DNA from: Octopus sinensis
Lineage: Eukaryota
Assembly (NCBI RefSeq): GCF_006345805.1
Contig: NC_043001.1
Coordinates: 112,964,001-113,028,000, forward strand
Length of the DNA: 64,000 nt
Direction: 5' to 3'
Position numbers and translations under genes: made by a program
Notes under the pieces: model-generated
Seen by the model: only the letters and a program-made list of their open reading frames with translations
The model's database searches: none
What the model was told of the DNA's origin: nothing
In this document: one piece after another, positions 51,689 through 64,000 of the stretch
Layout: the number at the start of each line of letters is the position of its first letter
Numbering within the stretch: position 1 is the stretch's first letter

Positions 51689-51712
51689 TGGTTTCCACGT
51701 GTATTTCGTAAG
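51689..51712 (+). CDS. Candidate 24-nt microexon (WFPRVFRK)
   Basis: Very long pyrimidine tract ending ttttacag, donor AAG|gtaaaa, phase 0-0. An alternative donor TTC|gtaagg would give 19 nt. Confidence 0.5.
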
Positions 51713-51871
51713 GTAAAATATAATTATATCTCTGTTCTACATGTAGGAGCTCTAGGGCTTCTTTGGAGTAACCATATAATTTCAAGTCTTTTGTGTGAAC
51801 CAGATGATTAATTTTATGATTCCTACTTTGATTTTAATCTTAAATCCTGCTGAGATGTCATTTTACTTCAG

Positions 51872-51883
51872 ATACTTAAAGAG
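51872..51883 (+). CDS. Candidate 12-nt microexon (ILKE)
   Basis: Acceptor cattttacttcag and donor GAG|gttagt (same donor string as the 38724 exon). Phase 0-0. Confidence 0.42.
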
Positions 51884-52134
51884 GTTAGTGCTAAACGAAA
51901 GAGCTGTAATGAAAGTCATTTATTGTAGAATAGGCTTGTTCTGTGATTGTTAATTGGGTACTGATAGAATTTTGTTCTCATACTAACTACATAGTGAGTG
52001 TCTGTAATCCAGTTTGCAATATTTTAGATTATGTTTGAAAGAATTCTACCACTTTTCAGCTCCTGGATTTTGCATAATTCTTTAAGTCATTTGTGTACAT
52101 TATTATTATCATTTTTGAGTGAAAGAGCAATGCA

Positions 52135-52345
52135 TCCTACTCAAAAGGTCCCTGAATAAGATTTGTTTAAGGATGATGAATAAAACACCCATGTTTCCAG
52201 ATGTGAATTATTCAAACCCCCCAAAGAATTCCTCTCAACACATGGTTATGTTGCCCCTCCCCAACACTACTTCTGTTCATGATCAGAGATGCGCATATCA
52301 TCAGTCACTAAGGGACATGCTCAACTGGTTATGGTCAAGCAATTG
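52135..52345 (-). repeat. Family F partial copy, inverted
   Basis: Reverse complement of ~49590-49785. Confidence 0.7.
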
Positions 52346-52379
52346 TATTATTTCTGATTAACCTTTTAATGTCTTCTGC

Positions 52380-52568
52380 AGTAAAAACTCCCTTTGGTCA
52401 TGAATGACCTTGGGATTGCACCTAGAAAACTACCTTCTGGGAAAGGTAAATGTTGATACAGTTTGGCACTAATGATGTCACTTGCTCAAGAACACAACAC
52501 ACAGCCTGGTCTGGGAATCAAACTCACTACCTCATGATTGAGGTACCACTGAGCCATGTACCTTCACA
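52380..52568 (-). mobile_element. SINE family E, deleted copy
   Basis: GGGATTGCACCTAGAAA tail and CTTGCTCAAGAACAC domain. Confidence 0.72.
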
Positions 52569-52974
52569 TGTCCTCTGCAGTAAATATGCTAACTCTAATG
52601 CATAGCACATGTATGCACACTTCACGACAAGTAGAAGCTGCTTGAGCAGGAGCTCAATGGTTGTGAGTTCAAATCCACTGTAGGTGTTTTGTAGTAGAGC
52701 CATATATTGCCCTACTTTGCCTACGTATTTGGTAATAAGTAAAGTTTTGGAATTTGAGGAAATGTTAGACTTTCTACTCCTCATAGTAATCAAACTTATT
52801 GACATTCTACAAAATGCCTTGTTGTGTAAAGGACTAGCACTCTCTCCAAGTGGACATGTATCTCTCTTCAATTCAAACCAGTGCTAAATGCTGTCAGAAG
52901 CTAAAAGCCTCTTAAGACTTTAGAAAAGTAAAACATACTGCTCGTTTTCCATATATACTTACAAAACCCTCATA

Positions 52975-53332
52975 TCTATATACATAAATGTGTAATGGTA
53001 TCTATCTGTGTGTGTGTTTGGGGTTTCTCTAACTCCTCCAACACTGTCCAACTGATTTTAATGATTTTTGGCACATAGGTAGATCAAATAAGGCCGGAAT
53101 TTTTCGAAAACTCGATAATGCTCAGTTGGCATTGATGTTTGTGCACTCAACTGGGTATTTGAATGGAAATTCCCATAATGTTATTTTTCCTGCAGCTTTT
53201 GTATTTTTTCACATGTAAAATTTCAACAAAATCGATAGAATAGTCTTTAAGGAAATGCTTATTCAATACAAGGTCAGAGGTAGGCTTAACTTCAACACAG
53301 AAAACACGAGCAATGCTGGTTTCAACAGCTAG
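52975..53332 (+). mobile_element. Non-autonomous Helitron-type element, diverged
   Basis: A|TCTATATACATAAA start and CACGAGCAATGCTGG...CTAG|T end. Confidence 0.6.
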
Positions 53333-53396
53333 TAGTCTCAATAAGGATATACATTCAGTCTTTCTCATTATCTCTTTATATATTGGGAGAATATAA

Positions 53397-53448
<52 letters not shown>

Positions 53449-55054
53449 TATATATTTATATTTATATTATCCCTATCTCCTGAATATACAAGAAGCTTCA
53501 TTATGTACATATAGTATGTGTATGTCAACATATATGTGAAAGATCATCTTTTATTATGCAATTGTATACACACAGCCGTTAAGTTTAGTACACATTGTTC
53601 TGGAATGTGTGCACGCGCACACACACACACATACACACACATACACACACATACACACACACACACACCCAGAGTCATAGCTTATACATACTTTATTTGA
53701 TTCAGTATATTAGAAGAACATAATTAATTTCCTATTATTTTGCTTACTAATTCATTTCCTCTTCCTGCTCTTTTAGTGCTGTGTCCTTCAACATCTTCCA
53801 ATCTGGACTTCTCACGCACACACACACGCACACACACACACACATACGCACACACACATGCAAACCCCTCCACAATGACCATCCACATCCATTACCAATT
53901 TTCCAACAGCAAACAGGACACAGCACACTTAATAGAGCTGTATATAATTCATTAGGAATGATTTGCTGCGAACTTTTCAAAGACCATAGCTCCATCCCAT
54001 TACCCTCCTTCCCTCCCTCTATTGCTCACTTATTCTCATTGATATCATATCTGATAAGTTGCTTCACTCAGCAAAAATACCATCTATTTATCTATTTACA
54101 TATATATATATATATACACATACACACTTGTACATAGAATGAGGCAGGGGGAGATGGAACAGAAAGAGCTACAGAAATATTGCTGACTCAGTAACTTCAC
54201 TGGCCTAATGCTAGGAATGTTATTATGTATGTAATAACACAGAGCTGTATTGTTATTATCATCATCTACAGCTTAAAAAGAAATGATGATGATGATGATG
54301 AAAATGATGGTGGTGATGAGAATGATGATGATGATGAGGAAGAGGATGATGATGATGGTGATGGTGAGGCTGTGTATTCATTCTGATAATGACTTACAAT
54401 ATTCGGATTGCTTTTGGAATTGTGATTATGAAGATTATAAGGCTGGCATTTAGCACAGACAATTACTAATACAACCTTGAACCTATGAGGAAGCCTCTAA
54501 GGAGTTACTCAACATACTAGAAATAGCAGATACATTTCTCTATAATAACTACAGCATGCCTTTTTTTTTTTTTTTTAAGTAGAACACATTTTATGATGTA
54601 GTCTTAATATACACTCTTTGAGAAAAAAACAGGATCGTCATGATTGGAATGCAACTTGTCTATCTATATTAACATATGGATGCTTCTGTATATTACATAA
54701 TATTTTGGTGTGCAAATATCATCTCTTTAGAAATTTTTGCTTTTAATTATTCTGAAACAAATAAAATAAAAACCAGTGATATGATGATGAGGTTAAATTA
54801 ATCAATTTTTATTCAGTCCTAAAAATCACCATCATTGTTGTTGGCTTAGACAGTGATGACCACTAGGAAGTGTGGACATGTTATCATCATCATCATTTTA
54901 CATTTGCTTTCCATTGTGGATTCATTCAGATGGGTCTTCACACTTCATTAGTTCTTGTTTAGATATGCTGCCCTTGTAGATGGGTCAGAGGACCACGTCT
55001 TACTTGTATGTTCTATTTTTGATATGGTTTTTATGGCTTATTACCCTTCCTAGA

Positions 55055-55315
55055 AGCTAGGATCACCAAGCATAGATTGGCATATTTTGGTCATATTATG
55101 CGGAGAAAATCCCTGGAGAAGGACATCATGCTCGGAATGGTCAGTGGCAAGAGAGGAAGAGGCCGACCAAGAACCCGCTGGCTTGACACCATCAAGAGTG
55201 ATACCGGAATGGACATAGTCAATCTGAAAGAAGCGGCCCAGGATAGAACTGACTGGAGGACACTGATCCAACGAGTAACCGAGAGTCGACTTCAACTGAG
55301 CGGATTGATAGATAC
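55055..55315 (+). mobile_element. RTE-BovB-like LINE 3' fragment
   Basis: LAYFGHIMRRKSLEKDIMLGMVSGKRGRGRPRTRWLDTIKSDTG...AAQDRTDWR, the BovB-type C-terminus. Confidence 0.85.
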
Positions 55316-56719
55316 CCTTCCTAAAACTAACCACTTTACAGAATGTTGTGTGTGCATTTTATCATGGTAGGAGCACTAGAGAGGTTACCACAACCTTGGC
55401 CAGATTAAAGTGTCCTGTTTACTCTATGTTTCAGTTTTTATGTCAAGTAAAGAGTGTACTGGTGTACTAGAGAGAATGTCATGTTCTAAACCAAACTGGA
55501 CAGTCCTCTCTACTATGTTTTATTGCTGTTTGCTCAAGACATATGATCAACTGAGTTAATGGAAGAAAGAATGATGACAAGGTTTGAAAGAAGAGAGGGA
55601 GTATCAGGATCAGTGCCAGCTTAGAATAGAGGCACTAAATAACAATGATGATGATCTTTCATGTTTTTAAGGCAGTAAGGTATAATTTCAGGCTGGTTCA
55701 GCTGCTTGTTCTTGCAGGTTGAGTGATCATGCAAGAAGCTCCCTCACTGGTTTATGTGTATTTGGTAACTTATGTTTAATTTTATGACTATATGCGATAT
55801 TGTAGCTTGGGAGACAGATTTGATTATCTTTCTGACGAAAAAAGAAAAACATTTTTTTCTAACTTGCCCTAGCAACTACACCTTTTAAGATAGGGATTTC
55901 TAACCTAACCCACTCTCATCCTCACCTCATTTTACATGTCCCTGTAAATTTTGGAGTCAATCCGATGGGATGTAGTGGCCTTTAACCCGTTCCAATGCCA
56001 AAACCAGACAAACAAACTTTTTGCATTTCAGATTTATAGATATTTATTTATTATTTATTATTATGTTGCAAGAATTCAATGGTAATTATTATCTTCATTT
56101 AAGTTTTGTAATAAGTACAGGAGACCTGTTACATAGCTTACTGAAATCTTTCATATGAAACTGACCAAAAATTCTTCATGAGAGTAATTTATTTTGCTGT
56201 ATTTTTTTTTGTTTTCTTTTAGACAATCAGTAATGTGCTCAATATTATACAATTATTTAAAAAATTGAAGATAACGAACTACACATACGCATATATAATC
56301 ATAGGGGTGGGTGGGGCAGATTTAATTATCTTTATGAAAAAAAATTATGTAATTGTAGGAAGATTAAGAGTTCCTTTACAATGCTAACAGTATTGGTAGA
56401 ATGATTGAATGAATGGAAGCATTTTTTGGTGGAGTGGTTTTGTTTCTGTAGACAGTTCTTGGTATTATTCACATTGTATTACTAAATTCTTGACAATTAG
56501 TATTGTGTACTTGTGTGTATGTAACATGTTTGCAATTGGGTGTATACGTTTATTACTAGTGTTTCAATCGGTTAGGTTTGTGTATGGGAATTGATTAGTG
56601 TTTGTATATATGGTGTGTGTATATGCACCCATGTGTATATATGTGAATGTTTTTGTGTAAATTTGGCAGCTGTTCATCTTCATTTTCTGATTGTTTAATG
56701 TGTGTATGTGTGTGTATAA

Positions 56720-56735
56720 ATAAATATATATATAT

Positions 56736-56783
<48 letters not shown>

Positions 56784-56892
56784 GTATATATATATATGTA
56801 TATGTATGTATGTATATATATATGTATGTATATATTATATATGTATATATATATATATATGTATGTATATATATTATATATATATATATATG

Positions 56893-56934
<42 letters not shown>

Positions 56935-57145
56935 GTATATATATATATGTATATATATATGTGTATATATATGTATATATATAGTGTATATATATATGTA
57001 TATTATATATATATGTATATATGTATATATATATGTATATATATATGTATATATATATATGTATATACATATATGTATGTATATATATAATATATATATT
57101 ATATATATATATATATATTATATATATATATATATATATATGTAT
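56720..57145. repeat. (TA)n-rich microsatellite
   Basis: Direct inspection. Confidence 0.95.
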
Positions 57146-57235
57146 AGGTTTGCTGGCAGCTGATCTTCAAATTATATTTGACTAAGTTTGTGTGTGTACA
57201 TGCTTATGCGTACACGGCACACACACACACACACA

Positions 57236-57278
<43 letters not shown>

Positions 57279-57321
57279 CATGGTAGCAGCTGGTCTTCGT
57301 GTTACAATTGGTTAGGTTTAG

Positions 57322-57354
<33 letters not shown>

Positions 57355-58547
57355 CATGCAAATACATACATTGTATGCATGTGTATTTATGCTTACTTTT
57401 GTATGTACTTATATATACATTTGTGTGTGTGTGTGTGTGTGTTTGTAAATATGTGCAAATATATGTATGTAAATGTGTGCGTTTCGTGTATGTATAGTGT
57501 ATTCTGGAAACTATTTGTAAAAGTTTTGGAAGTTAGCCTTTGTGTAATTCAATCTATTACATAATCACAGTTTGTTTTCATATAATCATTAAAACCTAAA
57601 AGTTCACTATTTAGACATCACACTATTATAGTTTCACTCGTTCGTGTTCCATTCTCTCTATTTATTTATTTATTTATTTATTTATCTATTTCCATTTTCT
57701 TCTGTTTCTAGTTTGCTGCTATTACTGTTGTTATTTTAAAGTGAAAACTAAGAAAACAAAATTCCTTGTTAAGAAAACCCTAGAGTCATGCGTGTCTATA
57801 TGAATGTGTATGTATGTGTGTGTGTGTGTGTGTGTGTGTGATCTCGTTTATGTATACTTACATATGTATCCATACTTATACTGTAGAAGCATCTTAATGC
57901 ACTCATATAAGCAAGTATATACTCAAAACACTTAACCACATTACAAAATTAGTAACTCTCTCTCTGTGTCTCTCTCTGGAATTACACAGCTATGTTTGTA
58001 CTTGAGCAAACTCACTACAGGGTTACGTAAGAGAAACCTCAGAAATCAATACTGATATATCAGTCACTCAGCGCCATTGTCTATTATAGAAGCAATTTGG
58101 TAATTCTAAAAATTCTTTCTGTTTTGGCGAAATGTATCGGTAGACTGGTGCCATTTTCACCAACTGGATACACGCAAATCTTTGAGTCTGGTGTGTTTAT
58201 ATAGAAATTACACTCTGCATGAAGCTGTTGTTGTTATTGTTATCCTAATAACAAGAGTGCAACAGAGAGAGAGAGAGAGAGAGAGAGGACTTGTTGATAG
58301 GAAGTCCAACAGGGGGGGGGTATAGAATCACCAATAAAGGTCTGCAGTGTTTGTTACTGAATCAATCCTAATTATAAACAACACGTGATTGAACAAACAA
58401 ATTTCCTTGGTAGGAAGATCCTTGAACTTAATGGCACAAATGGCGTGTCGCTAGAGTGGCTCGTCCTCTTCCCCTGTCACTGTGTTTATGATTACATTGG
58501 GTTGTTGTTGTTGTTGTTCTAGTTGTTTTTGTTACAGATCTTTTAAC

Positions 58548-58761
58548 TACTCTTTTACTCTCTTTTACTTGTTTCAGTCATTTGACTGCGGCCATGCTGG
58601 AGCACCGCCTTTAGTCGAGCAACTCGACCCCTGGACTTATTCTTTTGTAAGCCCAGTACTTATTCTATCGGTCTCTTTTGCCGAACCGCTAAGTAACGGG
58701 GACATAAACACACCAGCATCGGTTGTCAAGCAATGCTAGGGAGACAATCACAGACACACAA

Positions 58762-58802
<41 letters not shown>

Positions 58803-58975
58803 CACACACACATATATATGACGGGCTTCTTTCAGTTTCCGTCTACCAAATCCACTCACAAGGCTTTGGTCAGCCCGAGGCTATAGTAGAAGACACTTGC
58901 CCAAGGTGCCAGTGGGACTGAACCTGGAACCTCCCCTGGTAAACAAGCTACTTACCACACAGCCACTCCTGCGCC
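58548..58975 (-). mobile_element. SINE family B, full length
   Basis: Reverse complement of the B body. Confidence 0.9.
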
Positions 58976-59201
58976 TAACTGTTTATTATTTTAGCTGTGT
59001 TGATTGAGTTTATAGGATTTGTGTGTATTTTAATGTTGTTATTATTATTATTATACAGATTTACAATTATTGCAGTTAATACACTTCATCTATTTTGCCA
59101 TCCACAAGTTTGAAAGTTCATATTCTATCATTGGCTTTGCATTGACTGAAATCATTTAACTGTTTCTCTTCCTCTCTCACTCTTGGGCCAGTCCAATTGG
59201 A

Positions 59202-59606
59202 GTGCAGGCATGGCTGTGTGGTAAAAAGCTTGCTTTCCAACCAGATGGTTCCAGGTTCAGTCCCACTGTGTGGCACCTTAGGCAAGTGCTTTCTACTATA
59301 GCCTCAGGTTGACCAAAGCCTTGTGAGTGGATTTGGTAGATGGAAACTGAAAGAACCCTGCCATATACATACATACATACATATATAGATATGTAAATAT
59401 TTATGTGTTTGTGATCCCCCTCCCCCCTCCTGTCATTGCTTGACAACCAATGCTGGTGTGTTTATGTCCCTGTAACTTAGCGGTTTGGCAAAAGACACTG
59501 ATAAAATAAGTACTAGGCTTACAAAGAATAAGTCCTGGGGTTGATTTCTTTGACTAAAACCCTTTAAGGTGGTGCTCCAGCATGGCCATAGTCAAATGAC
59601 TGAAAA
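59202..59606 (+). mobile_element. SINE family B, diverged
   Basis: Matches the B body. Confidence 0.85.
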
Positions 59607-59933
59607 GGGAAAAAATTTAATGATTACAACTTTGGAACCATTGTATACTCAGCTTACACAACAGATTTGAAACACCCCTTTGGTCTTGGAATAGGCAATT
59701 GGAAACTACCTTTGGGAATTCTCTTGGAAAAATTCTGTAAATGGAGAGATTACTTTGGGTTCAGTCTCTTGATAGAGCAGAAAAATTAAATAACTTCATG
59801 ACATTGCGTTTTATTCTATTATTAATGCTATAACTATTAATACTACTGCTATTTTTACCTTTTATTAAGGGTGTAGCCACTGGGAGAAAAGCAACATCCA
59901 TGAAATTTTTCATGCTCTTTGAGATTGGCGGGA

Positions 59934-60014
59934 AGAGACCTGCTCTAAGTGCTTGCAATAAGAGACCTGTACTAAGTGCTTGCAATATGAGACCTGTACT
60001 AAGTGCTTGCAACA
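59934..60014. repeat. 27-bp tandem repeat x3
   Basis: (A/T)GAGACCTG(TA/CT)CTAAGTGCTTGCAA(T/C)A. Confidence 0.9.
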
Positions 60015-60166
60015 CAGTGGATTCTACCGAAAGCATCCATGGGCTACATAGTGATCTTTAACTGGGTGACATCACCTAGATTCCTGTAAATCTCTCATAC
60101 ACACACACACATTAGATTTATAAACACAGTTTATATTTACAAGTATTATATGTGTATGTATGTATA

Positions 60167-60258
<92 letters not shown>

Positions 60259-60725
60259 ATGTATGTATATATGTATGTATACATATGTACATATATATGT
60301 ATGTATACATATGTACATATATATGTGTGTATATGCATACACCATTTACAACTTTCTTACTCTAATTTAGTAGTTAACAAACATACATAATTCTTGATGG
60401 TCTGGTTCTGTCTCAAACATCTTCTCTCTCTCTCTTAATAGTTATATAAATTTTTTTATATTTTATTTAGTATCAGTGAGTATTAGATCAGGAGTGGTAG
60501 ATCAAACAGACATTCATTATCTTCTCACCCCTTGGGTATATATTTGTATATTTGCTCTTCCTCTAATACCTGGAGCTGGTTACTGAAGCACATTATTCCA
60601 ACACCAATCCAAATAGTTATCTTAATCCTCTCCCTTTAGATAGATAGGCTCCGTTGTTGTTGTTTAACACCAGGTCAGCCTTTGGTGTACACAGTCTGTT
60701 TAGGAAACAATCCAACCTGCTGTGT

Positions 60726-60944
60726 TTAACCCTTTCATTACCAACCCGGCCAAAACCGGCTCTGGCTCTGTAGTATTAATGTCTTGTTTTCATAGGTTTT
60801 TCATTAAAATCTTCCACCAAACCTTAGTTGCAATTTATGTTCCTAACATTAGCTTAAGTTATTTTACTAAATTCCTTATTATATTTAAAATAATTGAAAG
60901 AAACACAGAGCATCTCAAAATAAATACAGTAACGAAAGGGTTAA
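60726..60944. mobile_element. TTAA MITE family 2 (opposite orientation)
   Basis: Reverse complement of 24528-24755. Confidence 0.85.
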
Positions 60945-61189
60945 TCCTTCCATAACTACATCATTTGTAATTGATATGCTACCTATGTGTTTCATGTAAT
61001 TGTCATTATAATCAAAATTTTGGAAAGATTTAGTAAAATATCTGTAAGCTGTGTATGTGTGTGTGTGTATAGATATGATTGTGATGGTGTTGACTGACTG
61101 AAATCTCACAATGTCATTCATGTTATAAGATTTTGATCAAGATTTTAATTTAAACTTAAAATCTTCAGCATGGCTGGTAAAAGGTAAGG

Positions 61190-61513
61190 GTAAAGACCAC
61201 CTTTGGTTATGAACGACCATGGGATTGCACCTAGAAAGTTACCCTCTGAAGTATAAATCCAAATAAGGCTCTTTATGGAAGACCAGCAGTTGCTCATGAA
61301 TACCAGCCCCCCCCCCTCTTCATGTCACTGATATTATCCATGGGAAAGGCAAAGGCCAATACAGCTTGGCACAGTGACGTTGCAACTCATTTCTACAGCT
61401 GAGTGAACTGGAGCAGTGTGAAATAAAGTATCTTGCTCAAGAAAACAACACAGCCTGGTCCAGGAATTGAACTCACTACCTCATGATTGTGAGCCTGACA
61501 CTCTAACCACTGG
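61190..61513 (-). mobile_element. SINE family E
   Basis: Colinear with 28963-29298. Confidence 0.82.
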
Positions 61514-62431
61514 CCCGGGATAAAATGATAAAGAATATTTTGCTGCTATTTCCAGCATGTTAAGACTAATTAACTTAACATAAGCTCAGTATGAATTAAC
61601 AGTTGAAGTTAACATCAACAGAAGCTCACAGTTCAAACCCTAGTTGAGTGCTAAAACTTTTGCTATACCCTTTACCCAACATAGTTGTAATCATTGATAG
61701 GAATGCCAAACTCTCCATCCTGACCATTCTCACCCTCTCTTCTATCATATGAGTAACTGAGTACCTCCACTGTTATAAGAAACCTCTTTGCTCACACTTT
61801 TACTCCTGATCCCTACTTATTTGTACTTGTGGCGAATTCACCCTGGGTGGGTTGAGTCGGCTCCTTCTACCACCCTCGAGGCATCTTGAACCATGGCAGT
61901 GGAAGAAGTTTCGTGGGAATATGAATTTCACAAGCGGTCCCCAACAATCCCACATGTAGAAACATCCTGTTTGCCGCAGATTGTCTGCAGACGCAGGGAC
62001 AAAACGACCGAGGAGTCGCCGGCTGCCAAAACAGACACTCCGAGGATTTTCACCAGAGCCCCGTCTGCCAGGTTGTGGCCCTAATACCACTGGGTGTCAG
62101 ACCAATCCGCCTTGGGTGGCCCTACCAGGAACTGAAGTTCCTGACGGCATAGCTCTGACACTACCCGTTGCCAGCGTCCCCACCATGGTGAGGAGGAGAT
62201 GGATCCCTAGTATAAAACTACCTCACTTTTTCTACTGTAGCTCCATCCAATCAAAGGTGATCTTAGTTTTGCAGGCTGCACAGTGACCTCACTAGTACTG
62301 GTGCCACGAGAAATACTCAGTACATACTGTAAAATAGTTGACTTTAGGAAGGGCATCCTGTTGCAGAAACCTTACTAAAGCAGTCACTGGAGTATGATGC
62401 AGTGTTTGAACCTGTTGGATACTGTCAGACC

Positions 62432-62661
62432 TATTTCTTTATTACCCACAAGGGGCTAAACATAGAGGGGACAAACAAGGACAGACATAGGTATTAAGTC
62501 GATTACATCGACCCCAGTGCGTAACTGGTACTTAATTTATCGACCCCGAAAGGATGAAAGGCAAAGTCGACCTCGGCAGAATTTGAACTCACAACGTAAC
62601 GACAGACGAAATGCCGTTAGCATTTCGCCCGGCGCGCTAACGTTTCTGCCAGCTCGCCGCC
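62432..62661 (-). mobile_element. SINE family C nested in an RTE 3' end
   Basis: Full copy with TGTCAGACC repeated on both sides (62423-62431 / 62667-62675). Confidence 0.88.
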
Positions 62662-62936
62662 TTTTGTGTCAGACCATCCAACCCATACTAAAGCATGACT
62701 TTAAAATGATGATGACAATAGCTGATTGTCAAATAAGCATATAATGAAAAGCATTTCATTCCTGACCATCCTGGTTTTTTCAGACATTCATTATCCAGTG
62801 TGACTTCCCTTTTTAAGAAGATAAGATGTGATTTGAATGACAAGATGTAGCTGTTATTTCTTTCAACTACATGATACTCTCTCTTTGGAGTGATGTCAGC
62901 TGTGTTCCTATTAATACCAGTCAGTTTCTCAAACCT

Positions 62937-63359
62937 TACTCTTACTCTTTTACTCTTTTACTTGTTTCAGTCATTTGACTGTGGCCATGCTGGAGCACCG
63001 CCTTTAGTCGAGCAAATTGACCCCGGGACTTATTCTTTGTAAGCCCAGTACTTATTCTATCGGTCTCTTTTGCCGAACCGCTATGTGATGGGGACGTAAA
63101 CACACCAGCATCGGTTGTCAAGCAATGCTAGGGGGACAAACACAGACACACAAAGATATACACACACACTTATATATATATATATACATATATACGACAG
63201 GCTTCTTTCAGTTTCCGTCTACCAAATTCACTCACAAGGCATTGGTCAGCCCGGGGCTATAGCAGAAGACACTTGCCGAAGATGCCACGCAGTGGGACTG
63301 AACCCGGAACCATGTGGTTGGTAAGCAAGCTACTTACCACTCAGCCACTCCTGCGCCTA
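62937..63359 (-). mobile_element. SINE family B, full length
   Basis: Reverse complement of the B body with a (TTTTACTC)n tail. Confidence 0.9.
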
Positions 63360-63612
63360 TTTTGTTTTTCAGCAGTACTGTGACTATGTAGTGTCATCCA
63401 TTGGCTCTTAGTGTGAAGACTACTTATTTTGCACTGCTATGCACTGGTTATTAGTGTGAACAGTTGTTGCATAATACCATTCACTGGCTACTAGACTTTA
63501 CTTTTATAGTCACTTTGTAGGAAATTTGAAAGTGTTCATTAAAAATGGTAATTATTGAGGAATGATTATATTTTTTTTTTGTTCGTTTTCTCATTACGTC
63601 ATTTGCTGTTTG

Positions 63613-63654
<42 letters not shown>

Positions 63655-63892
63655 ATGTCTGTCTATGTATGCATATATCAATATTTCATTTCTACATTGT
63701 AATGAAACAAAAGTCGCACGAAAGAAAGCAGTAAAAAATAATATAAAATTAAGTTTCTTTTTTTTTTTTCTTACTTCATTAAAACTTTTGGAAATGTATC
63801 AAAATGTATCAATAATATTGAATAATGCCTTAAGAGAGCAGGAAAAAAAAGGAAGATTGAGAAACAAAACTTCTTCTTAAAAAAAAAATCAT

Positions 63893-64000
63893 GGCGCAGG
63901 AGTGGCTGCGTGGTAAGTAGATTGCTTACCAACCACATGGTTCTGGGTTCAGTCCCATTGCGTGGCATCTTGGGCAAGTGTCTTCTGCTATAGCCCCGGG
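63893..64000 (+). mobile_element. SINE family B head, cut by the window end
   Basis: GGCGCAGGAGTGGCTGCGTGGTAAG... head. Confidence 0.88.

Noticed and set aside
57990-58026. 37-nt segment between a (CT)n-derived acceptor and a gtaaga donor
   Set aside because: The pyrimidine tract is a microsatellite, the length is not a multiple of 3, and there is no other support.

Overview
AT-rich, repeat-saturated eukaryotic DNA. I infer a coleoid cephalopod (octopus-like) genome from the tRNA-derived SINE repertoire, the RTE-LINE 3' ends with (GAT)n tails and the extreme microsatellite load. Most of the window looks like large introns of a plus-strand host gene that I cannot name. The gene evidence is one well-supported coding exon (38583-38724) and two adjacent frame-preserving microexon candidates (51689-51712, 51872-51883). 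The only long, clearly real ORF is the C-terminal zinc knuckle plus restriction-like endonuclease (RLE) of a 5'-truncated R4/Dong-type non-LTR retrotransposon (26592-27560, minus), sitting inside a (TAA)n microsatellite. Other content: four tRNA-SINE families, RTE fragments, TTAA/TA/hAT MITEs, two Helitron-type elements, Penelope-like termini with decayed hammerhead-like motifs, local tandem duplications, a 121-bp near-perfect hairpin and many inverted repeat pairs. Almost all other ORF-track entries are microsatellite or SINE read-through. No prokaryotic systems, CRISPR arrays, rRNA or true tRNA genes were seen. Family letters A-F are my own labels, and repeat boundaries are approximate unless a target-site duplication (TSD) is quoted.
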